Of a stretch of DNA of 64,000 bases, positions 11,331-20,083 are shown one piece after another. The stretch lies in the NCBI GenBank assembly GCA_965243135.1, contig OZ251539.1, positions 2,944,001-3,008,000 on the forward strand. Direction: 5' to 3'. The DNA is from Alphaproteobacteria bacterium (GTDB lineage Bacteria > Pseudomonadota > Alphaproteobacteria > MPNO01 > UBA830). Numbering within the stretch: position 1 is the first letter of the stretch; each line of letters starts with the position of its first letter. A program made the position numbers and the translations under genes. The notes beneath the pieces are model-generated. The model was not told the origin of the DNA. It made no database searches and saw nothing but the letters and a program-made list of their open reading frames with translations.

Positions 11331-12290
11331 GCGTCCCTGCCGGTCGACGGTTCCAGACTTCATGCAACGACAGCCGAAGTGCATCGTGGAGGCTTGCGGC
11401 ATCTCGCACTACTGGAGCCGGGAGAAGCTTGGCCACGAGATCGTGGTTGTTGCCACCCGTCAAGCCGTTCGTCAAGCGTCAGAAGAACGACGCGGGCGGA
11501 CGCCGACCCCGGACCGACGATGCGCTTCGTCGCCGTGAAGACCGAGGAACAGCAGTGGGTGGCACGTGCGCAGCCTGGCGGCAGCGGATCCGGACGGCGC
11601 TTCGCGATCGCGGAGTTCGGTCTCGCGGTTCCCCAAGGCGCCGCCAACGTCAGAAAGGTCGAAGATGCGTTGCTGGCATCGCCTGCCCGACCTGGTACAC
11701 CGCAGCCGATCTGTTGGAGCGGCAGTCTGAAAAAGAAGATCGACGAGCAAAAGGGCGCTTGCGAAGGAGGACTCGAAGCGGAGCATCCCCGGGGTCGGTC
11801 CCTTGACCGCTTCGGCAGCCTTCGTGCCGGAAGAACTTCCGGTCGGGACGCGACTTCACGACCTGGCTGACGCCGAGAGAGGACACCACGGGCGGCAAGG
11901 TGAGACTCGGCAACGGGTCAGCGTGACGGAGCATCGGTCGTTCGTTCGGCTGGCGAAACGACGCGTGACGGGCTCGGGGCTGGCGCTTGCGACCAAGCCT
12001 CCGAAGTTGGTGGCGGCTGGCCAACGGCGCGTACCGCTTGGACGCTGCTGACGAAGAAGGAGTTCTACCAAGTGCCGACGGCGGCTGCTGACTGAGGGTT
12101 TCCCGGGGTCCGACGGCGCTTGCGCTGGACGTCGGGGGCAAGGACGGAGGGAGAGTAAGGGCAAATGGTCATAGACCGGGCAAACCAGCCGCGCTTCTTG
12201 CGTGCTTCGAGCACGCACTTGGATCCGGTCCGCGTATCGCCCGCGGCCACTGAAGTCGTTGCGAGATACGAATGTACTTGACGCACCGAG
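11330..12290 (+). mobile_element. Degenerate IS110-family (IS1111-like) element
   Basis: Fragments HYWSRE, VKPFVKRQKNDA, PTMRFVAVKTEEQQ, IAEFGL in different frames; non-coding tail downstream. Boundaries approximate. Confidence 0.7.
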
Positions 12291-12470
12291 CTTTCCAAAA
12301 TGCTTGCATCAACGGAGGCGTCTATACACATGCGTTCGCCATTTTGTCGTGTCTCGCTTCCGCCGTTTGGCGATTTCATCCAGCGGAAACTCTTGGTAGC
12401 GAATGATCGGCCGCATGCACTTGGCAGGCGGACATGCTTTCCATTTCCCGCCGATCAGCGCAATGCATTG

Positions 12471-13124
12471 TCATTCGCTGCCCAAGAAGTCAACAGCTTT
12501 CGTCACGAAGCTTGCCCCGTTCCTGACCTCGCATTCCCAAATTCAGACCTCCTGACATGGTATGCGTAACTGAAAGATTTTGCTTGATTTTCCCCAGTTC
12601 GTCGTAAATTAGAATGTACCACTTTCTGGAGAGCGCCATGTTCCAGTCCCGCTTCAACACGGCGCTTCGGGAACTTCGTGCCACTCGCGAAGGCCATGCC
12701 TACCCCGGCACCGGGCTGAAACTGGCGTTCGAGGGACCCCTGCTGGCAAATTGAATTTACGCGATGTCAGGAGGTCTGAAATTACGAGAACATCCCATCC
12801 CATTTCACGCAGCTGCGCCTGATGTTCAGCGTCTCGGACGGCGTTCCGCTCCAGTTTCGGCAGCCAGTAATCCCGGTTCGACTTGGGCTGCCGGGAGATT
12901 TTGCAATCGGGGTGCTGATGCCAGAAACAGCCGTGCACGAAGATTGCCTTCCGCCACCTCGGAAACACCAAATCCGGACTTCCGGGCAGATCCCGCCTGT
13001 GCAAGCGGTACCGGTAACCCATCGAGTGCAGCAGCCTCCGCACGGTCATTTCGGGCTTCGTGCCCTTGGACCTGATCCGGGACATGTTCTCGCTTCTGCG
13101 TTTTGGGGAAATGGTGTCAGCCAT
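12471..13124 (-). pseudogene. vsr: Very-short-patch repair endonuclease Vsr, interrupted near its 3' end by a MITE
   Basis: RSENMSRIRSKGTKPE, LPGSPDLVF, FVHGCFWHQH. Removing 12544-12778 and one AAATT copy restores VLVIWECEVRNGASFVTKAVDFLGSE*. Confidence 0.9.
12544..12778. mobile_element. 235-bp MITE / internally deleted IS
   Basis: Perfect 15-bp terminal inverted repeats CAGACCTCCTGACAT (12544-12558 and 12764-12778); 5-bp target duplication AAATT (12539-12543 and 12779-12783). Confidence 0.9.
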
Positions 13125-13265
13125 CGCGCTGTCATTATAGGCGCATTCCCGGCACGGCGCGTCCCGCCCGGTTTATCCCCAGCGGATTCGGTTGTTTCAT
13201 CTGACGATTCGCCCACCGTTCTCCCCAGATGTGCTAAGAGCCACGCTGGAGGAGGCCAATATATT

Positions 13266-14300
13266 GTGTTGCTAAGCTTGTTCTCCGGCTGCGGCGGGTT
13301 GGATCTCGGTTTTGAGCGGGCGGGGTTCGCCATCGGACTCGCCTACGATATCCGCGCCTCGTCGATCGCTTCGTGGAACCGGAATCGTCCGGGCGGCGGC
13401 AATGCGCACCTGGCTGACATTACGAATATACGGCTCGCGGACATGGACCGGGACCACAGAGACAGCTTTGCGCCGACCGGCGTGATCGGCGGTCCACCCT
13501 GCCAGAGCTTTTCACGGGCCAACAGTTCCCGTGTTCCCGACGACCCGCGCAGCAAGCTCGTAAGGCATTTTTTTTCCATCGCGCTGCGGTTTCACCGGCA
13601 CCGCCGTCCGCTCGACTTCATACTGATGGAAAATGTCCCAGGCTTGGATAAGGCGGAGGAAGGCCGCTTGCTCGCCCGCGAAATCGAGCGGCTCGAGGAG
13701 CACGGCTTTGAAGCCCGCCCCTTCTATGCCGAGGCTGTCCACCATGCCGTTCCGCAAAACCGGCGGCGCCTGTTTGTGATCGCGCTTCCGAAGTGTGTCA
13801 TGAACCAATGGGCTGCACCGACCGGCACCGATGTCCAAAGAACGGTGGGTGACGCGATCAGCGACCTGCCGCCGCCGGTGCAGTTCGAACGCGGGATTGA
13901 CAGGAAGGCGATCAAAGTCCACCCCAACCACTGGTGCATGGTGCCCAAGTCCCGTAAATTTTTTGACGGCTCACTGGTCGAAGGTTATTCGTCCGCTCGC
14001 AGCTTCAAGACACTTTCTTGGAATGAACCGAGCATCACCGTGTCGTACGGGCATCGGGAAGTTCACGTGCACCCAAGCGGGACAAGGCGGCTCAGCGTGT
14101 TCGAGGCGATGCGACTACAGGGATTCCCTGACAGCTATGTCTTGGAAGGGAGCCTTTCGGCACAGATCGATCAGGTTAGCGAAGCGGTGCCGCCGCCAAT
14201 GGCGGAAGCCGTCGCGAGATCGATCGGTTCGGCTCTCGGAAACGCTGTTCAGAAAAAAACTGATCAGGTGCCAACAGTTGCCGCGACAGCAGGGTCGTAA
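13266..14300 (+). CDS. DNA (cytosine-5)-methyltransferase
   Basis: LFSGCGG, GGPPCQSFS, MENV, QNRRR, RLQGFP. GTG at 13266 is preceded by GGAGG. Confidence 0.93.
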   Translation: MLLSLFSGCGGLDLGFERAGFAIGLAYDIRASSIASWNRNRPGGGNAHLADITNIRLADMDRDHRDSFAPTGVIGGPPCQSFSRANSSRVPDDPRSKLVRHFFSIALRFHRHRRPLDFILMENVPGLDKAEEGRLLAREIERLEEHGFEARPFYAEAVHHAVPQNRRRLFVIALPKCVMNQWAAPTGTDVQRTVGDAISDLPPPVQFERGIDRKAIKVHPNHWCMVPKSRKFFDGSLVEGYSSARSFKTLSWNEPSITVSYGHREVHVHPSGTRRLSVFEAMRLQGFPDSYVLEGSLSAQIDQVSEAVPPPMAEAVARSIGSALGNAVQKKTDQVPTVAATAGS

Positions 14301-15463
14301 CCGGCTTTCACCAGCCATATCCGCAAATTTTCGGCCATCCGGTCGTGAAGTCCGCGATCCTCTCGCATGCGGGAATCTACATTCGTCATATTATTTACTT
14401 GGTCGGCGGCGCGAATTGACGTGTCTCCGCGCGCTGCAGCGGGTACCGGATCTGCACGGGAGACTTCGAACGAATCCGGCAGGCCAGGCGGTGGCGGGAG
14501 AAACTCGAACGCAAGGCAAACCATGGTCGGAGTATCATCGCCAAGAGGCGTCGTGGAATAGCAATATGGTTGGTGAGTGTACACATCCCACTGCCTTTCA
14601 CGAGCCAAATGAAGAAACCATTTTGCCACGCCCAAGGAAAAAAGATGGAGGAAATCTTGTCCGGCAACTCTTGACACCCGATCTGCGGCGGCTCTTATGT
14701 CTTCATCGCCGCAGTTAAGCAACGTCGAGGCACGGTCTCGAAAATCGTCCTTTTCAGCGGCATTTGCGAAGATTGTCTCGCACAAACGGTCCAACGTCTT
14801 TCTGGAAACCGAATCGGGGCGTGCATCTACAGTGAGGAAAAGCAGCCACGGACCCGTCTTAAAATTTATTTGGAGTTCTAAAATTCTGTGAATCGCCTCG
14901 ATCAACCGGCTTGCGTGATTATCCGCGGGCTTCGCTATCGAACCGCATGCATCGATATTCACTATGTGAAACGGCCCTCGGCGGATCAAGTCCTTGTAGG
15001 CTTGGCTGGTCGAAGGAATTATGTCTTCAAAACGCCTCGGAAATATATGTGAATCCCCTGTAATCTGATTGGTAGCGATCAGCTGCTGTCTGGAGACGTT
15101 GGCCCGTGCGACAATGGGATTTCTGTCACCGCCAGCTTCGAACCCCGTACTTGTAAGACTGCATCCATTTTGCTGACAAATATCGGCCAGCTGCCGAACG
15201 TCGAGGTAGTCCTTCCCCGGCAGGGAAAGGTAACGGACTTCCGGTTTTTCCTTCGGCGGAATCGGCAATCCCGGCTTCCCCTTTTCCCTTCTGATGAGAC
15301 GTTCGGAATGACGAATCCACTGCTTCTCCCGGACCAACTGTTTACGCGGACGATGCCAAGGCTGTAACTGATTCAATCCCTCCGGCACCGCCAAGTCGTC
15401 GGCCGGGGCCGGCAGCACATCGTCAGCGATCCGGCGATCGGATTCTTCAGGAGGGGAGGTCAT
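14264..15463 (-). CDS. Conserved hypothetical protein, probable SAM-methyltransferase-like fold (resembles the PP_RS20740 family)
   Basis: WHRPRKQLVR, YLSLPGKDYLDVR, PFHIVNIDACG. ATGA overlap with the upstream ATPase. Family assignment is from memory, not from a search. Confidence 0.6.
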   Translation of the reverse strand: MTSPPEESDRRIADDVLPAPADDLAVPEGLNQLQPWHRPRKQLVREKQWIRHSERLIRREKGKPGLPIPPKEKPEVRYLSLPGKDYLDVRQLADICQQNGCSLTSTGFEAGGDRNPIVARANVSRQQLIATNQITGDSHIFPRRFEDIIPSTSQAYKDLIRRGPFHIVNIDACGSIAKPADNHASRLIEAIHRILELQINFKTGPWLLFLTVDARPDSVSRKTLDRLCETIFANAAEKDDFRDRASTLLNCGDEDIRAAADRVSRVAGQDFLHLFSLGVAKWFLHLARERQWDVYTHQPYCYSTTPLGDDTPTMVCLAFEFLPPPPGLPDSFEVSRADPVPAAARGDTSIRAADQVNNMTNVDSRMREDRGLHDRMAENLRIWLVKAGYDPAVAATVGT

Positions 15464-17343
15464 GAGTTGGTTTCGGGAATGCCGAGAATGTCCTCGATTA
15501 CGCGGGATCGGTCTTCGATCGGAAGTGTTGACAACAACCCGTAGGCTTCGAGGACGACAGCAAGTGCTCCTATCTTGCCCGTTCCAACAGGCTTGCCCGC
15601 GTATGTCATGATTTCACTATCCGGCCATTTGAGATCGGCATCTCCGACTGCATCCGGCAGATTGTTCACGGAAAAATCCGCGAGCGGAGGATCCGCGTCC
15701 TTTCCCAGCCGCCGGCTCCACACCTTGTCCGCATATACGAGCGCCGCTTCTCGAAGCTCCAATCTGCTGCGGGCGAGATCCTCGGCGGCCAATGTCTTGA
15801 GCCGATTGACAAGAAGGCGCAACGCCCGATGCAACCATCTCTGAATATAAAGAAAGTGGGGATGACTGTAATTGAACGACTCGCGATCTATATTGACGGC
15901 GCTGTCCAGCCCTTCGTGAACGAAAATCTCCGCCGTTATCTGCCGAAGCCTGGTTTGCTCCGAAATTTGATAGTTCAGGAAGGTTTGGTCGAAGAGCGTT
16001 CCGCTTGCTTCGCGGATTCGAATGAGCACTCCTGCAGTTTCTTTCGGAACGATCTTGCTGTTCCAATAGAGATATCCTTCAAAGGACAGAGGGCCGCCTG
16101 CTCGTCGGAGGGTTTCATTCGAAAAGGGGTTTTCCTGCTTGGCGGCAAGCACAACAGGTCCGCCTACCCGGGAATCCTTCAGCAGTTCCCGGCGCAGTCG
16201 GATCGGCCGACGGAGAGCAATTCCATCAAGTGTGACGGAAAAGGAAGGCGTTGCCTTCTGTTGGCCCGCCCGCAACCCCATATGTTCTCCGACGGATTCG
16301 GTATTGGCAAGGTCGATTTCTTGAGCTTGACCCGTCGCATCGGGTATGCCGAAAAATAACAGGCCGCTCGATCCGTCAAGTTTGAAGGGATGTTCGCCTA
16401 TATAGTCCAAAGGCAAAGACAGGCTCAATTTCCAAATTAGGCGAAGATATTCGTCGAAATGTTCAAGATTTGCTAATTGGCTTTTTGCCTTGGAAGCGCT
16501 GCCGCTCGCTTCGAACAACCGGTCGAATTTTTTCTTAGGCGGATCCGCCGCATCCCAAGGCAAAATCGGATCCTTGCGGAATTGCTCAAGGGAACAACCG
16601 ATGTGGAAATCCGGAGGCTTCCTCATGGCTTCTCCGCCGGCAGTCTCGACACTAACGGCTTCCCAACGCCTGACGCTTTGAAGCGTCCGCCGAACCTCTT
16701 CGCGCAGATCGTATAGAACCACCTCGGTGCCTTGCGACTCTATCTCGTTCTTGGGAACCTGCTCCGAAACAATCACGACCTCTCCGGCCACATAGTCCCC
16801 CCGCCGCGCCTCTTCCTCGTCGTGGGTCTGGAGTCTTACCGTGGCCGACAGTCTTTCTGCTTCGCCCGATGCCTTGGTAACGATTTGGAAATGCTGGGTC
16901 AGCTGCGCAACCGCGAACAAGCCGATGCCGATTTTCCCGATCAGTTGACGGCCCCCGGGACTCTGGTCGCGGGCGTCGGCATCGACGGTGTTGAGATCTG
17001 CTCCGGAGGATGTCCGTTTCGAGCTTCCGCCGATGTTCTTGAGAACATAGGCTAGAGTTTTCGGCGACATTCCGTTGCCGTCGTCCTTGACCGTGATGCG
17101 CCGGAATTCGGGCTGGCTGGTTTCGATCGTTACGTAGGTCGCATCGGCATCGTAGGCATTGGCCACAAGTTCACGGAAGGCGGCCCACGGCTCCCTATAG
17201 ATCCCGTCGGTGACGCGCGCGATGATGCGCTCGCTGGTGCCGAGTCTTGTTTTTACGGGTTCGCGGCGGCCTGCGCTGGCCCGGATGTCCGCTTCGAGGG
17301 TTTCGACCGTCTCGGGATCTGTGGTTGCGATTGTCATCGACAA
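15460..17343 (-). CDS. GHKL/MORC-type ATPase
   Basis: RELVANAYDA, DDGNGM, IGKIGIG, GTEV; S5-like region with NIDRESF. Confidence 0.85.
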   Translation of the reverse strand: MSMTIATTDPETVETLEADIRASAGRREPVKTRLGTSERIIARVTDGIYREPWAAFRELVANAYDADATYVTIETSQPEFRRITVKDDGNGMSPKTLAYVLKNIGGSSKRTSSGADLNTVDADARDQSPGGRQLIGKIGIGLFAVAQLTQHFQIVTKASGEAERLSATVRLQTHDEEEARRGDYVAGEVVIVSEQVPKNEIESQGTEVVLYDLREEVRRTLQSVRRWEAVSVETAGGEAMRKPPDFHIGCSLEQFRKDPILPWDAADPPKKKFDRLFEASGSASKAKSQLANLEHFDEYLRLIWKLSLSLPLDYIGEHPFKLDGSSGLLFFGIPDATGQAQEIDLANTESVGEHMGLRAGQQKATPSFSVTLDGIALRRPIRLRRELLKDSRVGGPVVLAAKQENPFSNETLRRAGGPLSFEGYLYWNSKIVPKETAGVLIRIREASGTLFDQTFLNYQISEQTRLRQITAEIFVHEGLDSAVNIDRESFNYSHPHFLYIQRWLHRALRLLVNRLKTLAAEDLARSRLELREAALVYADKVWSRRLGKDADPPLADFSVNNLPDAVGDADLKWPDSEIMTYAGKPVGTGKIGALAVVLEAYGLLSTLPIEDRSRVIEDILGIPETNS

Positions 17344-17589
17344 GCCCGTTTTTTCGCGCCGGTACGAACCGCCGCCTTTTCACAGTGCCAGACTAGCACA
17401 CTGAATCTGGAAATCCGAACCTGCTAGCGCACAACGCTCAGCCGCGGCGCACCGTCAGCGTCAGGGCGTGTTTGACGACCTGCCGGAGGCGATCAGGCTC
17501 ATGAAGAAAATACACCCCATCTTGCTTCCAGTCGTCTACCGCGGGCTGTCGTCGATCCGTTCGGGCGGCGTGACGGAAAGGGTGTAGGC

Positions 17590-17990
17590 GCGTCGTCCTC
17601 CTCGATCCTTTCGGGGTGGCGGCGCAGCACGCGGAGCAGTTCGGCGGCGCGGTCCATTTGCCGGACGCGGAGTCCGCCCGCTACAACCCCTTCGACTTGA
17701 TCCGCGACGACGAGGCCCGCGCCGTCCGCGACGTAAACGTGCTGCTCGACGCGCTGCTGACGCCGCCGGGCGGCAACGCCCACGCGAACTCGCGGCATTT
17801 CCGCGAGAGCGCCCGCTCGCTGATCGCCGGATACATGGCCTGGATCCGCTTCCGCGAGCCGCCGCGGAAGCGGAATCTCGCGTTCCTCCACGAACAGCTC
17901 TCGAAAGACGCGAAGGAACTGGAGCTGTTCGCCCGCTGCGTGACGGCGACCGACCGCTTCTGCGGTGGCGCGCCATGTCTTTGCGATGGC
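17590..17990 (+). pseudogene. Fragment of a VirD4/TraG-like coupling protein
   Basis: DPFGV...ARYNPFDLI...HFRESARSLIAG resembles an internal T4CP segment; no Walker motifs or gene ends. Confidence 0.55.
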
Positions 17991-18166
17991 GCCTGAAACG
18001 GCCTGCGAGGAATACAACCGGTTTCGGTCGGCGCTCGCAGGGCTCCCCGACAATCCTGAAGCAAGTTTCTTTTCCGCTGGCCTTTCAAGCTTGAAATGCG
18101 ACAGTTGGCGCGTGGCATGGCGGCGACCGCTTTCGCGCCGTCGCTGTAGGCGGTTCCTGCCGTCCG

Positions 18167-19351
18167 TTATGCGACGCCCGGCCAATCGAGTTTGTCCAAC
18201 TCGTGCTGCGGCAACTTTCCGTGGACTTCGAATGCCTCCTGCAGCTGATCCTCAAGCCAGTCAAATCCGCGGTCGGACAACTGCACGGCAGGTTGCTGCA
18301 TATATGCCCGTCGCGGATTCGTGTTGCCGTCGCCGCGAGCCGCATTGCGCTGCGTCGAGGCGAACGAATCGGAATCGAGGTCGTTCATCAATTGGTACAG
18401 GGAGACGCAGTTCTCCAGAGTGCCCGCGAGGAATTCAGCGTGATGAACGCGAATATACGCAGGAAAGTCCTTCTTTCGTTTGCGCTTGCGGATTTCTTCC
18501 GGCGTTGCGGTGTCCCGGTCGTCATCGTGCGCCATCGCAATGGCTCGTCCGTAGATTCGTATGTCGTTTTCGGAACCTTTCGTCAACGCGCCGATGAAAA
18601 CGACATCTCCGTCTTTGACGTTCCGCGGCCGCTTGTTTTTCGGATAGCAGACGGCCCAATGGGTTCCCGAATTTTCAAGCAGATCGAAAACCGGGACGGT
18701 CAGCGGGAGCCGGAAACTGTTCGTGCCCACGAACTTCACGAAAGCTCGGGCGGGATTCGCCTGGCCGCTGGGCGGAAATACCGATCCCGCTTGGCCACGG
18801 CTCAGCGATATCCCATGGTCTGGGAGGTCGTTTCCCGAGCCGGGTCGTCCACGGGCCATGCGATGGCGCGCGACTTTCTCGCTCCAATCATCGATTTTCT
18901 TGATTGTGAGATCGCAGCCTCCGGCTTGCGCGACATCGCTCCACAACTTCTCGAAATACGCCCCGCTCGCGGCGACGATGCCGGGATCCTCCGTGATCAG
19001 GCCGAACTCGCGATTGCGCGTGAGTGCGGCTTCGGTCAGGTTCGCGGAGGTGACAATGCCTTTGTTCCCGCCGAACAGGTAAAGCTTGGCATGCAGGTTC
19101 CGTACTCCCCTTACGGCGGCGCCTCGCTTAAGAAGTTCGCGCAAGGCATCAAGGTCGCTGACTCCTTCGAAAAAATCGGAGAGACTGAAGCGGGTGACGA
19201 CCCGAATCGATTTCTGGTTGGATGGAAAGAGACGCTTGACGGTCGATAACTTGATGAATGGGCAAACGATGCGGATTTCCCCGCGATTTCGTTTGAAGGC
19301 GGTGCGCAATTCGCGCTCCCATCCTTTGTCCACCAGACGGTTCGTGTTCAT
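18167..19351 (-). CDS. PLD-family nuclease with a C-terminal EVE/PUA-like domain
   Basis: HAKLYLF...TSANLT...NRE HKD-type motif; C-terminal VKDGDVVFI...IYGRAIA pattern. Start at 19351 has an ATGA overlap with the upstream ORF. Confidence 0.75.
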   Translation of the reverse strand: MNTNRLVDKGWERELRTAFKRNRGEIRIVCPFIKLSTVKRLFPSNQKSIRVVTRFSLSDFFEGVSDLDALRELLKRGAAVRGVRNLHAKLYLFGGNKGIVTSANLTEAALTRNREFGLITEDPGIVAASGAYFEKLWSDVAQAGGCDLTIKKIDDWSEKVARHRMARGRPGSGNDLPDHGISLSRGQAGSVFPPSGQANPARAFVKFVGTNSFRLPLTVPVFDLLENSGTHWAVCYPKNKRPRNVKDGDVVFIGALTKGSENDIRIYGRAIAMAHDDDRDTATPEEIRKRKRKKDFPAYIRVHHAEFLAGTLENCVSLYQLMNDLDSDSFASTQRNAARGDGNTNPRRAYMQQPAVQLSDRGFDWLEDQLQEAFEVHGKLPQHELDKLDWPGVA

Positions 19352-19671
19352 TTCATCGCTCCATGAACGGATTTTCTGCGTATCGGTGCGGCGCAAGCGC
19401 ATTCGCGAATACCGGCACAGCCACACCTCGTCGGCACGGCCTCGGAGATCGACAGCCGGTCCAGTACGCGGCTAACCTCTCTGCGCACGCTCTCCCGGTC
19501 GCTCGGCATTCCGGCCGCCGCCTCTGCGGCCGCTTCGAAATGCGGCGCTACCCGGCCGACCCGCTCGGCGTCGCGTTCCCGGGCCGCATGACGTTCGGTC
19601 AGGACCGCACCGAATTGTTCCACGGATACCGTCCGGGCGATCCACCGGACTTTTCCTTTGGAGATTTCCAT
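19348..19671 (-). CDS. Small hypothetical protein
   Basis: MEISKGKVRW...; its stop overlaps the PLD gene start. Start uncertain. Confidence 0.3.
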   Translation of the reverse strand: MEISKGKVRWIARTVSVEQFGAVLTERHAARERDAERVGRVAPHFEAAAEAAAGMPSDRESVRREVSRVLDRLSISEAVPTRCGCAGIRECACAAPIRRKSVHGAMK

Positions 19672-20083
19672 GTGCGTGCCTGGGTTGCGGAGACTGTTCA
19701 TCAACTCCGATTTCGGAACGCCTTCGGGTTCTCCGCCGCGACCCAGGCTTTCCGTCGACGAGCGGCCTGAGCCTCTTGCTGCCCCTCGCCGCTGCCGTGC
19801 CGCTTGCGCTCGACAGCGATAACTCGCTTGTTCCCTCGGCGTCATGGCGTTTGCCTCCTGCGCGCTCTCCGCCTCGGTGTCGCATGCCTCGCGCAGCTGT
19901 TCGGAAAGCCTCACGTTCGCGCTGCATTCGGGAGTCTTGGTCATGCCTTGCCGTCCGCACGGTGCCATGCGCGTGGAGCGTCCAACCCGGTTCGCTTGGG
20001 AGCCGACAGGGAATGGCCGTGCGGTAGGCGCCCCCTGCCGCATTCCCGGCGATACGCTCAGCCCGCCGCCCGCGTCGGCGCGG

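Noticed and set aside
13170-13195. CGGTTTATCCCC, resembling a type I-E repeat end
   Set aside because: Single 12-bp match with no second copy at a 61-bp spacing.
12822-13265. N-terminal extension of the C5 methylase ORF
   Set aside because: Overlaps vsr antisense; motif I begins right after GTG 13266.
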